Assembly (NCBI GenBank): GCA_031409275.1
Contig: JANNXA010000055.1
Coordinates: 320,001 to 384,000 of the forward strand
Source: Planctomycetota bacterium
Lineage (GTDB): Bacteria > Planctomycetota > B15-G4 > SIAN01
Direction: 5' to 3'
Length of the DNA: 64,000 nt
Below, in pieces: positions 24,706 through 33,731 of this stretch. Numbering within the stretch: the first letter of the stretch is position 1; each line of letters starts with the position of its first letter. Below the pieces are notes generated by a model. It searched no databases and had not been told where the DNA came from. It saw only the letters and a list, made by a program, of their open reading frames with translations. A program made the translations under genes and the position numbers.

Positions 24706-27681
24706 ATGCTGAAGCACTTCGCAGTTCCATCACTCGTCGCTGCGCTCGCCCTGGGGGCGAGTGCGCAGTCAACGACGACATCGACGATCGGCTCGTTCGT
24801 GAGCGGGGAGCGACCCTACTACCTTGAGGTCGACCAGTTCGCTGACAACCAGCCGTACACGGTCAAGTTCATGAACCTGCCGGCGGGTGCCACCGACGTC
24901 ACGCTCTACCTCTCGCCGAAGATCGTCGTGGTCAAGCACCCCGATGCTTCCGCGCCGGGCAACTTCGGCATCGACCTCGCCTCGGCCACCACCATCAAGG
25001 TCACGGGCAGCAGCTACAGCGGCACCGTCAACGGCGCCACCTGCAACGGCCCGATGTACATGCAGGGCTACTTCAAGACCGCGGCCGGCGGCCGCCTCAC
25101 CTCGCTGGTCGAGCTGTTCCCCGACAGCGCGCTGACGTCGCCTCCGTCGCAATCGATCTCGTTCCCGCTGCCGCTGGTGACGCAGGAAGTCCTGCGCCCC
25201 GGCAAGAAGGGGGTCGACCGGACCGCCCAGGCGGTGCGTGTCGGCGTGCCGCTGCCAAAGGGACAGGTCTTCGAGAAGAACGGCGTCCCGCAGATGACCC
25301 TCACCGGCGGCCCGAAGGAGGGGCAGTTCTCGACGCTCGCCAAGTGGAGCGACGGCAGCTGCAAGTGGGTGCTCGCCGAGTACCGCGCCGACGTTCTGGC
25401 CGGCCAGACCAACAGCTCGATCAAGGTCGACAAGGGCACCGGCAACTTCGGCGGTTCCGACCTCGCGACCGTCAGCGGCACGGTGACGACCGTCGACACC
25501 GGCGCGATGAAACTGACCATCGACTCGAGCAAGCCCGATCTCTTCCAGTCGCTGCAGGCGAACGGCCGCGACCTGATCTCGACCTCCGCCGGCAACAAGC
25601 CCCACTTCTGGGACGACAAGGACGTCGAGTGGACCTGGCACAAGACGTCGGTCAAGACGCGGCGCAACGGACCGGTCCGCAGCGAGATCGAGGTGGACGG
25701 CATGTTCACCCGCTCGTCGTCGGCGACCGACGCCGACCGGATCCTGGTTCGCTTCTACCTCGAAGCGGCGAAGGGCTCGTCCGCGCTGCGCGCGACGGTG
25801 TCCCTGCGCGACACCAGCATCCAGTTCCCCGAGCACCTGATGTTCCGCGGCTTCACCTACCGCCTGCAGTTGAACGAGTCGGGCCCGTTCGACGTGCGCA
25901 TGCCCAAGCCGGCGCTGCTCGGTGACGCGGTCACCTTGCACAGCGGCTCGATCGGCAGCGGGCAGGATGCGGCCTTCGTCAGCGGCTACGTGCGCCGCTC
26001 CGACTATCGCCTGCAGACCGACCCGAACTCCTCGTCGCACTACGGCTTCGTCCAGCGCAACGGCGCCGACGACTTCGCCGTCGAAGGCGTCTGCGCGCGC
26101 ATCGGCAGCACGAACTTCTGCGGCTCTTCGGCGACCAACTGGTTCTCCGCGGAAGGCGAGTTCTCCGACCCGTCGTTCGTCGAGCTCAACTCGCAGTCGT
26201 CCGGCCGCGGCACGGTCTTCGGCATCGAGCACGCCTGCCGGACCTGGCCGGTGAGCATGGAAGCCGGCGGCGACGGACGCGTCGAGATCGGCCTGCTGCC
26301 GCGCAAGAAGTCGAGCGACACCTACCTCTATCCGCTGACCTACGCCAGCGCGGAGACGCGCAGCTTCTATCTCTCCTTCGAGACCGCGCGCGCCGCGGAC
26401 CCCTTCGCGGTGGCGACGAGCTTCGACTACCCGGTCGTCGCCCGCGCCGACCTCTTCGCCTACAACCAGGCGCAGGTGTGGCCGTGGAACCTCGTCTCGG
26501 AAGCGGACGCGAAGAGCTACCAGACCTTCGCCAACATCCGCACGACCCAGCCCGACAAGTCCGATCCGGCCCGCACCAACTATCGCTTCGCGGGCGGCAC
26601 CGGCGGCGGCAACAACAACTGGGAGGAGACGCGCCGCTTCTACCACTGGCTGCGCACCGGCAACGGCGGCTCGTACTTCAGCTCGCTGTTCGAGGCGTAC
26701 TACAAGGTCGACAAGATGGCCTGGAACATCGATGACGGCCGCCTGGCCGATCGCCAGAAGATCCGCAACTCGACCGCCAAGGTGACGCGCAAGTCGGACA
26801 TGTACGACGGCAGCAAGCACACCTTCTTCCAGGCGGTCCCCGACTGGGCCTTCGCCCGCGGCGAGACCTACCTGCTCGACGCCGCCAAGCCGCTGGCGGA
26901 GACGATCCTCGACAAGTCGATCTCGCCGAACGTGCAGCCGAACGGCAACTTCGTGCAAGGCACCTACGGCGCGGTCACGGATGCCGCGTGCGCCGCACTC
27001 GCGCTCGGCCCCAATCAGGAGCTCGAGGACTGGCTGCACCTGATCATGTACCAGTGGGCGAACGTGGTCTTCCAGCAGAGCAACAGCTTCGGAGTGAACA
27101 CCGGCACGCTCGGCTGGCAGGCGCCGGTCGGCACGCCGGAAGGCAGCGCGACCAACCCCGACGGCTACATGATCACGTGGTCGGCCGGCAAGGCCTCCGA
27201 CAAGGCGAAGTACGGCTACATGTCGCAGATCTGGACCGACCTGCGCGGCAACTCGCTCGCCTTCAAGAACTACTCGCACTTCCTCGCCGAGAAGGCGCCG
27301 ACCGATCCGCTGCTCTCCGACCTGCTCTACCGCTCGGCGGACATGTACCACTACGCGCGCCGCGGCCTGATCGATGACCACAACCGCAACACCGGCGACT
27401 ACTACATCACCGACGTCTTCGCCGGCGACGCGGGCAACAGCAAGCCCAACCCGCTCTCAGCTCCGGGCGCCTTCATCGACAAGCCCAACACCAGCGGCTA
27501 CTCGAACCAGAGCATCGTCAACTTCCTCCTCGACTTCCGCGCGAGCGAGTCGGCCTACAGCTACGGGGTCGAGCTGAACCGCAGCATGTCGGAGACGACC
27601 TACCAGCACATGGTGAACGACCCGATCCTGAACGACTTCATCTATCGCTACCTGGTGCACTACGGCGTCATCAAGCCGTGA
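24706..27681 (+). CDS. Large secreted PcRGLX/YetA-like protein, paralog 2 (991 aa)
   Basis: GGAGG RBS; signal peptide ASA-Q; collinear with paralog 1 along its whole length (NNWEETRRFY, EAYYKVDKM, PNGNFV.GTYGA, NDPILN.FI.RYLVHYG..KP). Confidence 0.65.
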   Translation: MLKHFAVPSLVAALALGASAQSTTTSTIGSFVSGERPYYLEVDQFADNQPYTVKFMNLPAGATDVTLYLSPKIVVVKHPDASAPGNFGIDLASATTIKVTGSSYSGTVNGATCNGPMYMQGYFKTAAGGRLTSLVELFPDSALTSPPSQSISFPLPLVTQEVLRPGKKGVDRTAQAVRVGVPLPKGQVFEKNGVPQMTLTGGPKEGQFSTLAKWSDGSCKWVLAEYRADVLAGQTNSSIKVDKGTGNFGGSDLATVSGTVTTVDTGAMKLTIDSSKPDLFQSLQANGRDLISTSAGNKPHFWDDKDVEWTWHKTSVKTRRNGPVRSEIEVDGMFTRSSSATDADRILVRFYLEAAKGSSALRATVSLRDTSIQFPEHLMFRGFTYRLQLNESGPFDVRMPKPALLGDAVTLHSGSIGSGQDAAFVSGYVRRSDYRLQTDPNSSSHYGFVQRNGADDFAVEGVCARIGSTNFCGSSATNWFSAEGEFSDPSFVELNSQSSGRGTVFGIEHACRTWPVSMEAGGDGRVEIGLLPRKKSSDTYLYPLTYASAETRSFYLSFETARAADPFAVATSFDYPVVARADLFAYNQAQVWPWNLVSEADAKSYQTFANIRTTQPDKSDPARTNYRFAGGTGGGNNNWEETRRFYHWLRTGNGGSYFSSLFEAYYKVDKMAWNIDDGRLADRQKIRNSTAKVTRKSDMYDGSKHTFFQAVPDWAFARGETYLLDAAKPLAETILDKSISPNVQPNGNFVQGTYGAVTDAACAALALGPNQELEDWLHLIMYQWANVVFQQSNSFGVNTGTLGWQAPVGTPEGSATNPDGYMITWSAGKASDKAKYGYMSQIWTDLRGNSLAFKNYSHFLAEKAPTDPLLSDLLYRSADMYHYARRGLIDDHNRNTGDYYITDVFAGDAGNSKPNPLSAPGAFIDKPNTSGYSNQSIVNFLLDFRASESAYSYGVELNRSMSETTYQHMVNDPILNDFIYRYLVHYGVIKP

Positions 27682-27727
27682 GCCGCCCCGCCCACCGAAA
27701 GGCGCAATGAACGACTGAACGAGCCAA

Positions 27728-27758
27728 GCGCCCGCGCCGGAACTCCCGGCGCGGGCGC
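27728..27758. terminator. Hairpin between convergent genes (probable bidirectional terminator)
   Basis: Perfect 13-bp stem GCGCCCGCGCCGG-aactc-CCGGCGCGGGCGC. Confidence 0.7.
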
Positions 27759-27766
27759 GCGGCGTT

Positions 27767-29140
27767 TCAGCGACGCAGCCGCGCCAGCAGCCGCGCCTTG
27801 ACGCTGGTCATCGCGACCCGCTCCGCCGCATCGAAGCGCTCGGACGAGAGGAAGAGCGGCGCCGTTTCGGGCCGCTCGGGCAGCCGGCCATGCGAGCCGC
27901 GCGCGAGCCCGGGGTCGAGCGAGATCGCCTTCATCAGGTAGCGAAAGCCCAGCTTCTTCTTCAGCAGCGTGGCCGCGAGCTTCAGCTTCAGGAAGCGGTC
28001 GCCCGGCGAGAAGAAGAGTTCGCTCGGGTCGTAGCCGGGCTTGCGATGGATGTCGACGGTCGGCGCGAAGTCGGGCGCGAGCGCGTCGTCGAACCAGTAG
28101 TGGTAGGCGAAGAAGCGATCGCGCGCGCTGATCGCGACGAGCTCGCCCGAGCGCTCGTGGTCGAGCCCCGCCGCGCGCTTGCCCTCGGCATCGAGCACGC
28201 GATCGATTCCGGCGGTCCGCTCGAGCAGCACCTTCACCGCGGCCACATCGACCGCGCGGCGCACGTAGACGTGAGCGACCTGGTGGTCGGCAACCGCAAA
28301 GGCGCGCGAGCCGCCTGGATCGAGCAGTTCGCCAAACGGAGTGGTGCGCACGGAGAGGTAGCCGTCATGGCGCAGGACGCGGTTGATCGCCACGGCACCG
28401 GTCACGGCATCGATGCCGTACTCGCTCACGACCACCACCGAGCGGCCTTGGGCGCGCGCCACGTCGATCAGCTTCCCCGCCTCGGCATCGACGGCCGCGA
28501 CCTGCGCCGGGATGCGCGCGTCAGCGGGTCCAAAGCGCTGAAGGTCGTAGTCGAGGTGCGGCAGGTAGACCAGCGCGAGGTCGGGATCGCTGCGCAAGAG
28601 GACGCGCTTGGCCGCCTCGGCGATCCAGCGCGTCGAGAGGATCGACGCGGTCGGGCCCCAGAAGTGGAACAGCGGAAAGGTGCCGAGCTCGGCGGTGAGC
28701 TCGTCGCGCAACGACGGCGGATCCGATTGGCAGTCGGGAATCTTGCGTCCATCGGCGGGGTAGAGCGGCCGCGGCGTGAGGCTCTGCGTCGCACCCGAGT
28801 GGAGATTGAACCACCAGAAGAGGTTCGCGGTCGTCGTCGGCGGCGTCGCCACGGCCAGTTCGGCCAGCAGCTTGTCGCCCTGCACGAGGTGATTGCTCTG
28901 CCGCCACAACCACACTTCGGCGAGGTCGCGGAAATACCAGCCGTTGGCGACGATGCCGTGGGTGCGAGGCAGCGCGCCGGTGAGGAGCGTCGCCTGCGCG
29001 GTGCAGGTCACCGCCGGCAGCACCCCATCCATCGGCGCGACGAAGCCCTCCTTGGCCAGCGCCGCGAGGCGTGGCGCGTGCGGAAGCAGGTCGAGCGTCA
29101 GGCCGACCACGTCGATCACCAGCAGCTTGCGATTCGCCAT
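27767..29140 (-). CDS. Alkaline-phosphatase-superfamily nucleotide pyrophosphatase/phosphodiesterase (EboF-like)
   Basis: DVVGLT, AVTCTAQ (Thr nucleophile), HGIVANGWYFR, YLPHLDY, SEYG, DIHRKPGYDP, GSHG. Confidence 0.88.
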   Translation of the reverse strand: MANRKLLVIDVVGLTLDLLPHAPRLAALAKEGFVAPMDGVLPAVTCTAQATLLTGALPRTHGIVANGWYFRDLAEVWLWRQSNHLVQGDKLLAELAVATPPTTTANLFWWFNLHSGATQSLTPRPLYPADGRKIPDCQSDPPSLRDELTAELGTFPLFHFWGPTASILSTRWIAEAAKRVLLRSDPDLALVYLPHLDYDLQRFGPADARIPAQVAAVDAEAGKLIDVARAQGRSVVVVSEYGIDAVTGAVAINRVLRHDGYLSVRTTPFGELLDPGGSRAFAVADHQVAHVYVRRAVDVAAVKVLLERTAGIDRVLDAEGKRAAGLDHERSGELVAISARDRFFAYHYWFDDALAPDFAPTVDIHRKPGYDPSELFFSPGDRFLKLKLAATLLKKKLGFRYLMKAISLDPGLARGSHGRLPERPETAPLFLSSERFDAAERVAMTSVKARLLARLRR

Positions 29141-29198
29141 GGCGCGCATGATCGCCGCCCCGGCGTCCGCCCGGAAGCGTCGCGGCGCATCGACCCAC

Positions 29199-29229
29199 GC
29201 ATGGACAGGGGCCCGCCGGCTCCGTCCAA
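29199..29229 (+). promoter_or_regulatory. Putative autoregulatory ECF promoter
   Basis: GCATGGAC-N14-TCCGTCCAA; identical core and spacing to 31749-31776. Confidence 0.65.
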
Positions 29230-29310
29230 TCGCCCGTGGACGATCGGGACCCGGCCCATTCCGGGAGTGGACCTCGCCACTTCTTGCGCTCGCTGCAACC
29301 AAGGAGAGCG

Positions 29311-29901
29311 GTGGAAGACGACCGCGCGCTGGCCGAGGCGGCTTCGCGCGGCGATCGCGTCGCGTTCGACCAGTTGGTCGACCGCTACCTCGATCGCACG
29401 CTGCGCATCTGCGTCCGACTCCTCGGCAACTACGAGGATGCGGAGGACGCCGTGCAGGAGACCTTCGCCCGCGCCTGGTCGCGGCTGAAGAGCTTCGCCG
29501 GTCGCTCGACCTTCGGCACCTGGGTCACCACGATCGCGCTGCGCCACTGCACCGACGTCGACCGCGCGCGCAAGAGCCGCCGCCGCCACGTGCGCGAGCT
29601 GCCCGCCGACTTCGACGCCGACCGCGATGGAGCCGCCTCGCGCGCCGCGACTCCGCCCCGCGCGGTCGAGCAACGCGAACTGCTGCTGCAGGTCGAGGGA
29701 GCGCTGGCCCGACTGCCGACGCGGCTGCGCACGGCGCTGACGTTGCGCACCATCGAGGGGCTCGAGTACGAGGAAGTCGCGCGCACGATGGGCACGTCAA
29801 TCCGCTCCGCGCGCCTCTACGTCTGGGAAGCGCGTCAACGGTTGACGCGCGAACTCGAACTCGGACCCGCAACGCGCCCCGCTTCCGAGGAGCGCCCATG
29901 A
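29311..29901 (+). CDS. ECF RNA polymerase sigma factor
   Basis: AAGGAG RBS + GTG; AFDQLV.RY, DAEDAVQETF..AW, F.TWV..IA (region 2); LP.RLR.AL.LR..EGL.YEEVA (region 4). Confidence 0.93.
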   Translation: MEDDRALAEAASRGDRVAFDQLVDRYLDRTLRICVRLLGNYEDAEDAVQETFARAWSRLKSFAGRSTFGTWVTTIALRHCTDVDRARKSRRRHVRELPADFDADRDGAASRAATPPRAVEQRELLLQVEGALARLPTRLRTALTLRTIEGLEYEEVARTMGTSIRSARLYVWEARQRLTRELELGPATRPASEERP

Positions 29902-31730
29902 GCCGCTGCCGCCACGCGCGCGACCTGCACGACTACGTCGACCGCGAGCTGCCGCTCGACGCCGCGCTCGCCTTCGAGGCGCACCTCGATTCCTGCGCGA
30001 GCTGCCGCGCCGAACTCGCCGCGGCGCGCGCGCTCGACGACGCATTGCTGGCGCTGCCGCGGCCGCGCCTCGCCACCGCCGATCGCCAACGGCTGCGCGC
30101 AGCGATCGCAACCCGCATCGATGCTCCGACCGGAAGCGCGCGACCGATCGATCGCCCCAGCCTGCGTCGCCTGGCGCCACTCGCCGCGGCGGCGGCCGCG
30201 CTGGCGGCCGGCGTCACGCTGTTCGTGCTGCTGCGCGCGCCGCCGCGCGCCAACCCGCCGACCCCGACCCCCTCGGCCACCCCCAACTCCGCGGGCTCCC
30301 AAGCTGCGACCGCCCCGGCGACGCCCGCCAGCCTCTTCGCCGTCGCCCCCAACGACGCCGGCCGCGCCGATGTGCACTCCGAAGTGGCCGCGATCCTCCG
30401 CCAATTGGCGAAAGGCCACGCTGCCGCCGAAGGGGGCGAGCTCCTGACCAACTTCCTCGTCGCGATCGAGCCGCTGCGCCAGCGTGGGTTGCCCATCGCG
30501 TCGACGCTGCTCGCGCTCCTCCACGACGAGGATGGCGAGCTCGCCACGACCGGCGCGCAACTCCTCGCCACCGCCGTCGTCGCGGGAACCGTCCGTCGCG
30601 ACGAGCCTGGGCTGATCGCCACGCTCGACCGCGCGCTGCGCCGGGCGGACCGCGCGACCGCGATGCTGCACGCGCTCGAGGCGATCGGCACTCGCGGCGC
30701 CTACGAAGCGATCGTGAACGCTGCGGCGATCCCGAACCTGCGCGAGCCGGTGCTCTTCGCTCTTGCCGGGGCCGGACGGGCCGACACGCGCGAAGCGCTG
30801 CAACGCTGCCTGATCGAGCTGCTGCGCGGACGGCCCACCGACGTCGCGCTGGCCGAGCGCGTCGTCGCGCGCCTCGCGATTCGCAACGTCGAGTCGCTGC
30901 AACTGCTGGCGGCGCTCGCACGCGCTGGCCTCACGCCAGCGCTCGTCGACGAACGGCTCGAGCGCACTGCCGCCACGGCACGCCCGCTGCTCGCGGCCGC
31001 GCTGCGCGGCGACGATCCAGCGGCGCGCCGCGACGCCCTTTCGCTGGCGCCGCGGGCCGGCGACCCCACGCTTGCCGACGCGATCGTCGACGCCGCGATC
31101 GCCTACGAAGAGGGCGCCGCCGCGCTCGCGGCATTGCGCGCGCTCGGCGGTACCCCCGCCCTGCTCGCCGTCGCCCGCTGGAAGAGCGCCAGCGTGCCGA
31201 CGAAGTCGCTGTCGCAGCTCGGCGAGGAGTGCTTCGCCGCGATCGCAGCGGCGACCCCTCCAGCCGATCTGGCGCAGGCGGTCGCCGACGTCGGCGGCAT
31301 GACGCCGCGCATCGCGCTCGCGTTCGCCGACCTCGCCATCACCGCCGGCGGCGCGGGTGGCCCGCCGTTGCGCGCCGCGCTCCTCGACCATCCGCTCTCG
31401 ACCGGCGAGTTGCGCGCACGCGCCGCGCTGGCGATCGCGCGCGGCCACGAGCCGTTCGCGCCGGAGCGCGCGCTCGCGCTGCTGACGGCGCTCGCGCCTG
31501 AACTCGTCGACGACGCGAATGCCGATGGCGGGCTCGCCGGCGCGCTGCTCGTGCTGCTCTACGAGCATGGCCGCGAAGCGGAGCTGACGCGCGGGCTCGC
31601 GGCACTCGGCTGGACCAAGTCGCGCGCTCAGGTCGCGCGGCTCGCGGCGGCCGCGCGGCGCATCCTCGACGAGCGTTCGCTCGACCGCAGCGTGGAGCGC
31701 CTCGACACGCTGCTCGCGCTTGGCCCGTAG
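29898..31730 (+). CDS. Zinc-binding (ZAS/zf-HC2) transmembrane anti-sigma factor with large helical-repeat extracytoplasmic domain
   Basis: ATGA-coupled to sigma; C..L.DYVD.EL...FEAHLDSCASC; single TM helix; Pro-rich linker; Ala/Leu HEAT-like repeats. Confidence 0.85.
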   Translation: MSRCRHARDLHDYVDRELPLDAALAFEAHLDSCASCRAELAAARALDDALLALPRPRLATADRQRLRAAIATRIDAPTGSARPIDRPSLRRLAPLAAAAAALAAGVTLFVLLRAPPRANPPTPTPSATPNSAGSQAATAPATPASLFAVAPNDAGRADVHSEVAAILRQLAKGHAAAEGGELLTNFLVAIEPLRQRGLPIASTLLALLHDEDGELATTGAQLLATAVVAGTVRRDEPGLIATLDRALRRADRATAMLHALEAIGTRGAYEAIVNAAAIPNLREPVLFALAGAGRADTREALQRCLIELLRGRPTDVALAERVVARLAIRNVESLQLLAALARAGLTPALVDERLERTAATARPLLAAALRGDDPAARRDALSLAPRAGDPTLADAIVDAAIAYEEGAAALAALRALGGTPALLAVARWKSASVPTKSLSQLGEECFAAIAAATPPADLAQAVADVGGMTPRIALAFADLAITAGGAGGPPLRAALLDHPLSTGELRARAALAIARGHEPFAPERALALLTALAPELVDDANADGGLAGALLVLLYEHGREAELTRGLAALGWTKSRAQVARLAAAARRILDERSLDRSVERLDTLLALGP

Positions 31731-31748
31731 CCACGGCGCGCGACGCGT

Positions 31749-31776
31749 GCATGGACGTGCGAGCGCGATCTCCGTC
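31749..31776 (+). promoter_or_regulatory. Putative ECF promoter of the secretin-like gene
   Basis: GCATGGAC-N14-TCCGTC, second copy of the motif upstream of the sigma gene. Confidence 0.65.
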
Positions 31777-31835
31777 TCACGTTGATGCACGCGACCACCG
31801 GGCTCTCCGGTGCGCGCGAGCGCTTGGAGGATCCG

Positions 31836-33620
31836 ATGGTGCTCACGTCGTGGCTCGCTGCCGCACTCCTGTCCGCTGCGCCGTTGTCCGGGAACGATGA
31901 GCAAGGCGCCGGCGCGCGCCGCCCGCTGGTGCTGCAGCGCCACTCGATCTCGGCGCTCACTCACGCGAGCGTGTCGCCTTGCGCCGCGCTCAACCTGCTG
32001 CCGCTCGCCCAACCCAATGACGCCAACGGGGGTGACGGCGGCGAGGGCGAGCTTCGGAGCGCGCTCGAGACCGACTACGTCATCGAACTGGTGCGGACGG
32101 TCGTCGAGCCGAGTGGCTGGGAGAACGATGGTTGGCGGCTGGAGAGCTTCGATGGCGGCGCTCTCGTCGTCGTGGCTCCCAACGACGTGCAGGCGAAGAT
32201 CGGCGAGCTCCTCGCGACGCTCGAACGCGATCTGCTGCCGAGCGAACGGCTCGAAGTGCGCCTGCTTCCGGGCGGCAGCGCGGCGTTCTCCAGTTCGAGC
32301 GGCCTGCTGGTCGACCGCGCCACGGCCGATCAGCGCCTCGCCGGCAAGGGCGCGCTCCACCTCGCGCGCGTCTCGCTGCGCGACCTGCAACCGGTCGGCG
32401 GCAGCTTCGGCGAGACGCAGGAGTTCACTTCGCAGTTCGACCTCCAGATCGCCGAGAGCGCCGTGACGACGACTCCACGGCGATCGAGCTGGCTGCGCGG
32501 GCTGCGACTCCTCGCGCGCGCCACCCGCGTCGACGCCGGCGCGCTGGTGCAACTGGTCGTCAGCGCGGCCGATCCGGTCGCACCCACCGATGCCACCGCC
32601 TTCGACGCTGCGTCGACGATCGCGCTCGACTCATCGCTCGCGACGCGCAAGGCGATCGGTCGCCTCGACCAGCCGCACGTCGGATTCGTCTCCTTCGCGG
32701 GCACCGTGCTGCTGCCCGAAGGCAAGGCGCTGTGGCTGCCCGTCTCGATCCACACGGCGTCGGGCGAGGTCGAATGCACGCTCGACCTGCGCTGCGAGCT
32801 GGGCAGCAGCCGCCCTTGCGCGGTCATCGAGCCGATCGCCCGCAGCGAGGGCGAAGCGTTGCGGCTGTCTCTGCGACGCGCCCTGCCGAGCTCGCTCGGA
32901 CGGGTGCAGCTCGGCCGCCTCGGCATCACCTGTTCCGGCCTTTCGGACGCCGACCCGCTCTTCAACCGGCGCTTCGCGGGCGACCAGGCCCCCATCGCGC
33001 GCTTCGGTGAGGCGATCTCCGCCGAGGGCGCGTGCGCCATGGCCAGCTCGATGGTCCAGGAGGTCCTCGACACCGATCCGTGGTGCCAGGTCGGGCTGCT
33101 CGGTTCCGGGCTGCGCACGCTGCTTCCGCCCGCCGCCAGCAACGTGGTGACGGCAGCGCTTGCGACCCTGACCGGCGGCGATGGCGGCGCCACGATCCGC
33201 GCGCGCGTACGCATCGGCGGTGAACTGCGCGGCGAGTTCGCCGTCCCCGCGATGGTCGACCAACCGCTCGCGCTGTGGACCGGCGTCAACACGCTGCTGG
33301 TGCAGGGCTGGGACGCCGACGTCGCCAGCAACGTCGCCGGCCCATCTCCGTTGACCCAATCGTTCCTGGATGGACTCGCGCTGCATCTGCTGCTCGAGCG
33401 TGGCGTCCGTGGCGAGCTGCACCTCAGCGTCAACGCGGCCGCGCAGCTCCTGACGGCACCCGCTGCGCTCGTCAGCGTCGGCGACGCGAGCGACCTGTCG
33501 GTCCATCAGGTGCGCGCCAGCGTGCTGGCGATCGATGAGCTGGTGTCGCTGCCGGCGCGTGGCGGCAGCGTGACGCTCGGCGGCGACGTCCAGCTCGAGC
33601 TCGAGGTGATCCCGAACTGA
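31836..33620 (+). CDS. Secreted protein with two secretin-like (NolW/N-domain + beta) modules
   Basis: GGAGG RBS, signal peptide; ELVRTVVEPSGW..ALVVVAPNDVQAKIGELLATL resembles secretin N domains; duplicated segments FDLQIAESA..P..W.RGL.L and WDADVASNV..P..F.DGL.L. Confidence 0.5.
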   Translation: MVLTSWLAAALLSAAPLSGNDEQGAGARRPLVLQRHSISALTHASVSPCAALNLLPLAQPNDANGGDGGEGELRSALETDYVIELVRTVVEPSGWENDGWRLESFDGGALVVVAPNDVQAKIGELLATLERDLLPSERLEVRLLPGGSAAFSSSSGLLVDRATADQRLAGKGALHLARVSLRDLQPVGGSFGETQEFTSQFDLQIAESAVTTTPRRSSWLRGLRLLARATRVDAGALVQLVVSAADPVAPTDATAFDAASTIALDSSLATRKAIGRLDQPHVGFVSFAGTVLLPEGKALWLPVSIHTASGEVECTLDLRCELGSSRPCAVIEPIARSEGEALRLSLRRALPSSLGRVQLGRLGITCSGLSDADPLFNRRFAGDQAPIARFGEAISAEGACAMASSMVQEVLDTDPWCQVGLLGSGLRTLLPPAASNVVTAALATLTGGDGGATIRARVRIGGELRGEFAVPAMVDQPLALWTGVNTLLVQGWDADVASNVAGPSPLTQSFLDGLALHLLLERGVRGELHLSVNAAAQLLTAPAALVSVGDASDLSVHQVRASVLAIDELVSLPARGGSVTLGGDVQLELEVIPN

Positions 33621-33731
33621 TCGGAACGGTCGGAACCACCCGCTTCCTTCGGCGGCGCAGTGCGGCGAGACTGCCGCGCTGCGCCGTCACCCGTTCGGGG
33701 TGGCGTGCGCGCACAAGAAGAGGAGTCGCGC

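Noticed and set aside
21533..27681. Lower-GC paralog pair as a horizontally acquired island
   Set aside because: Third positions remain strongly C/G; the shift reflects amino-acid composition; no integrase, tRNA or flanking direct repeats.
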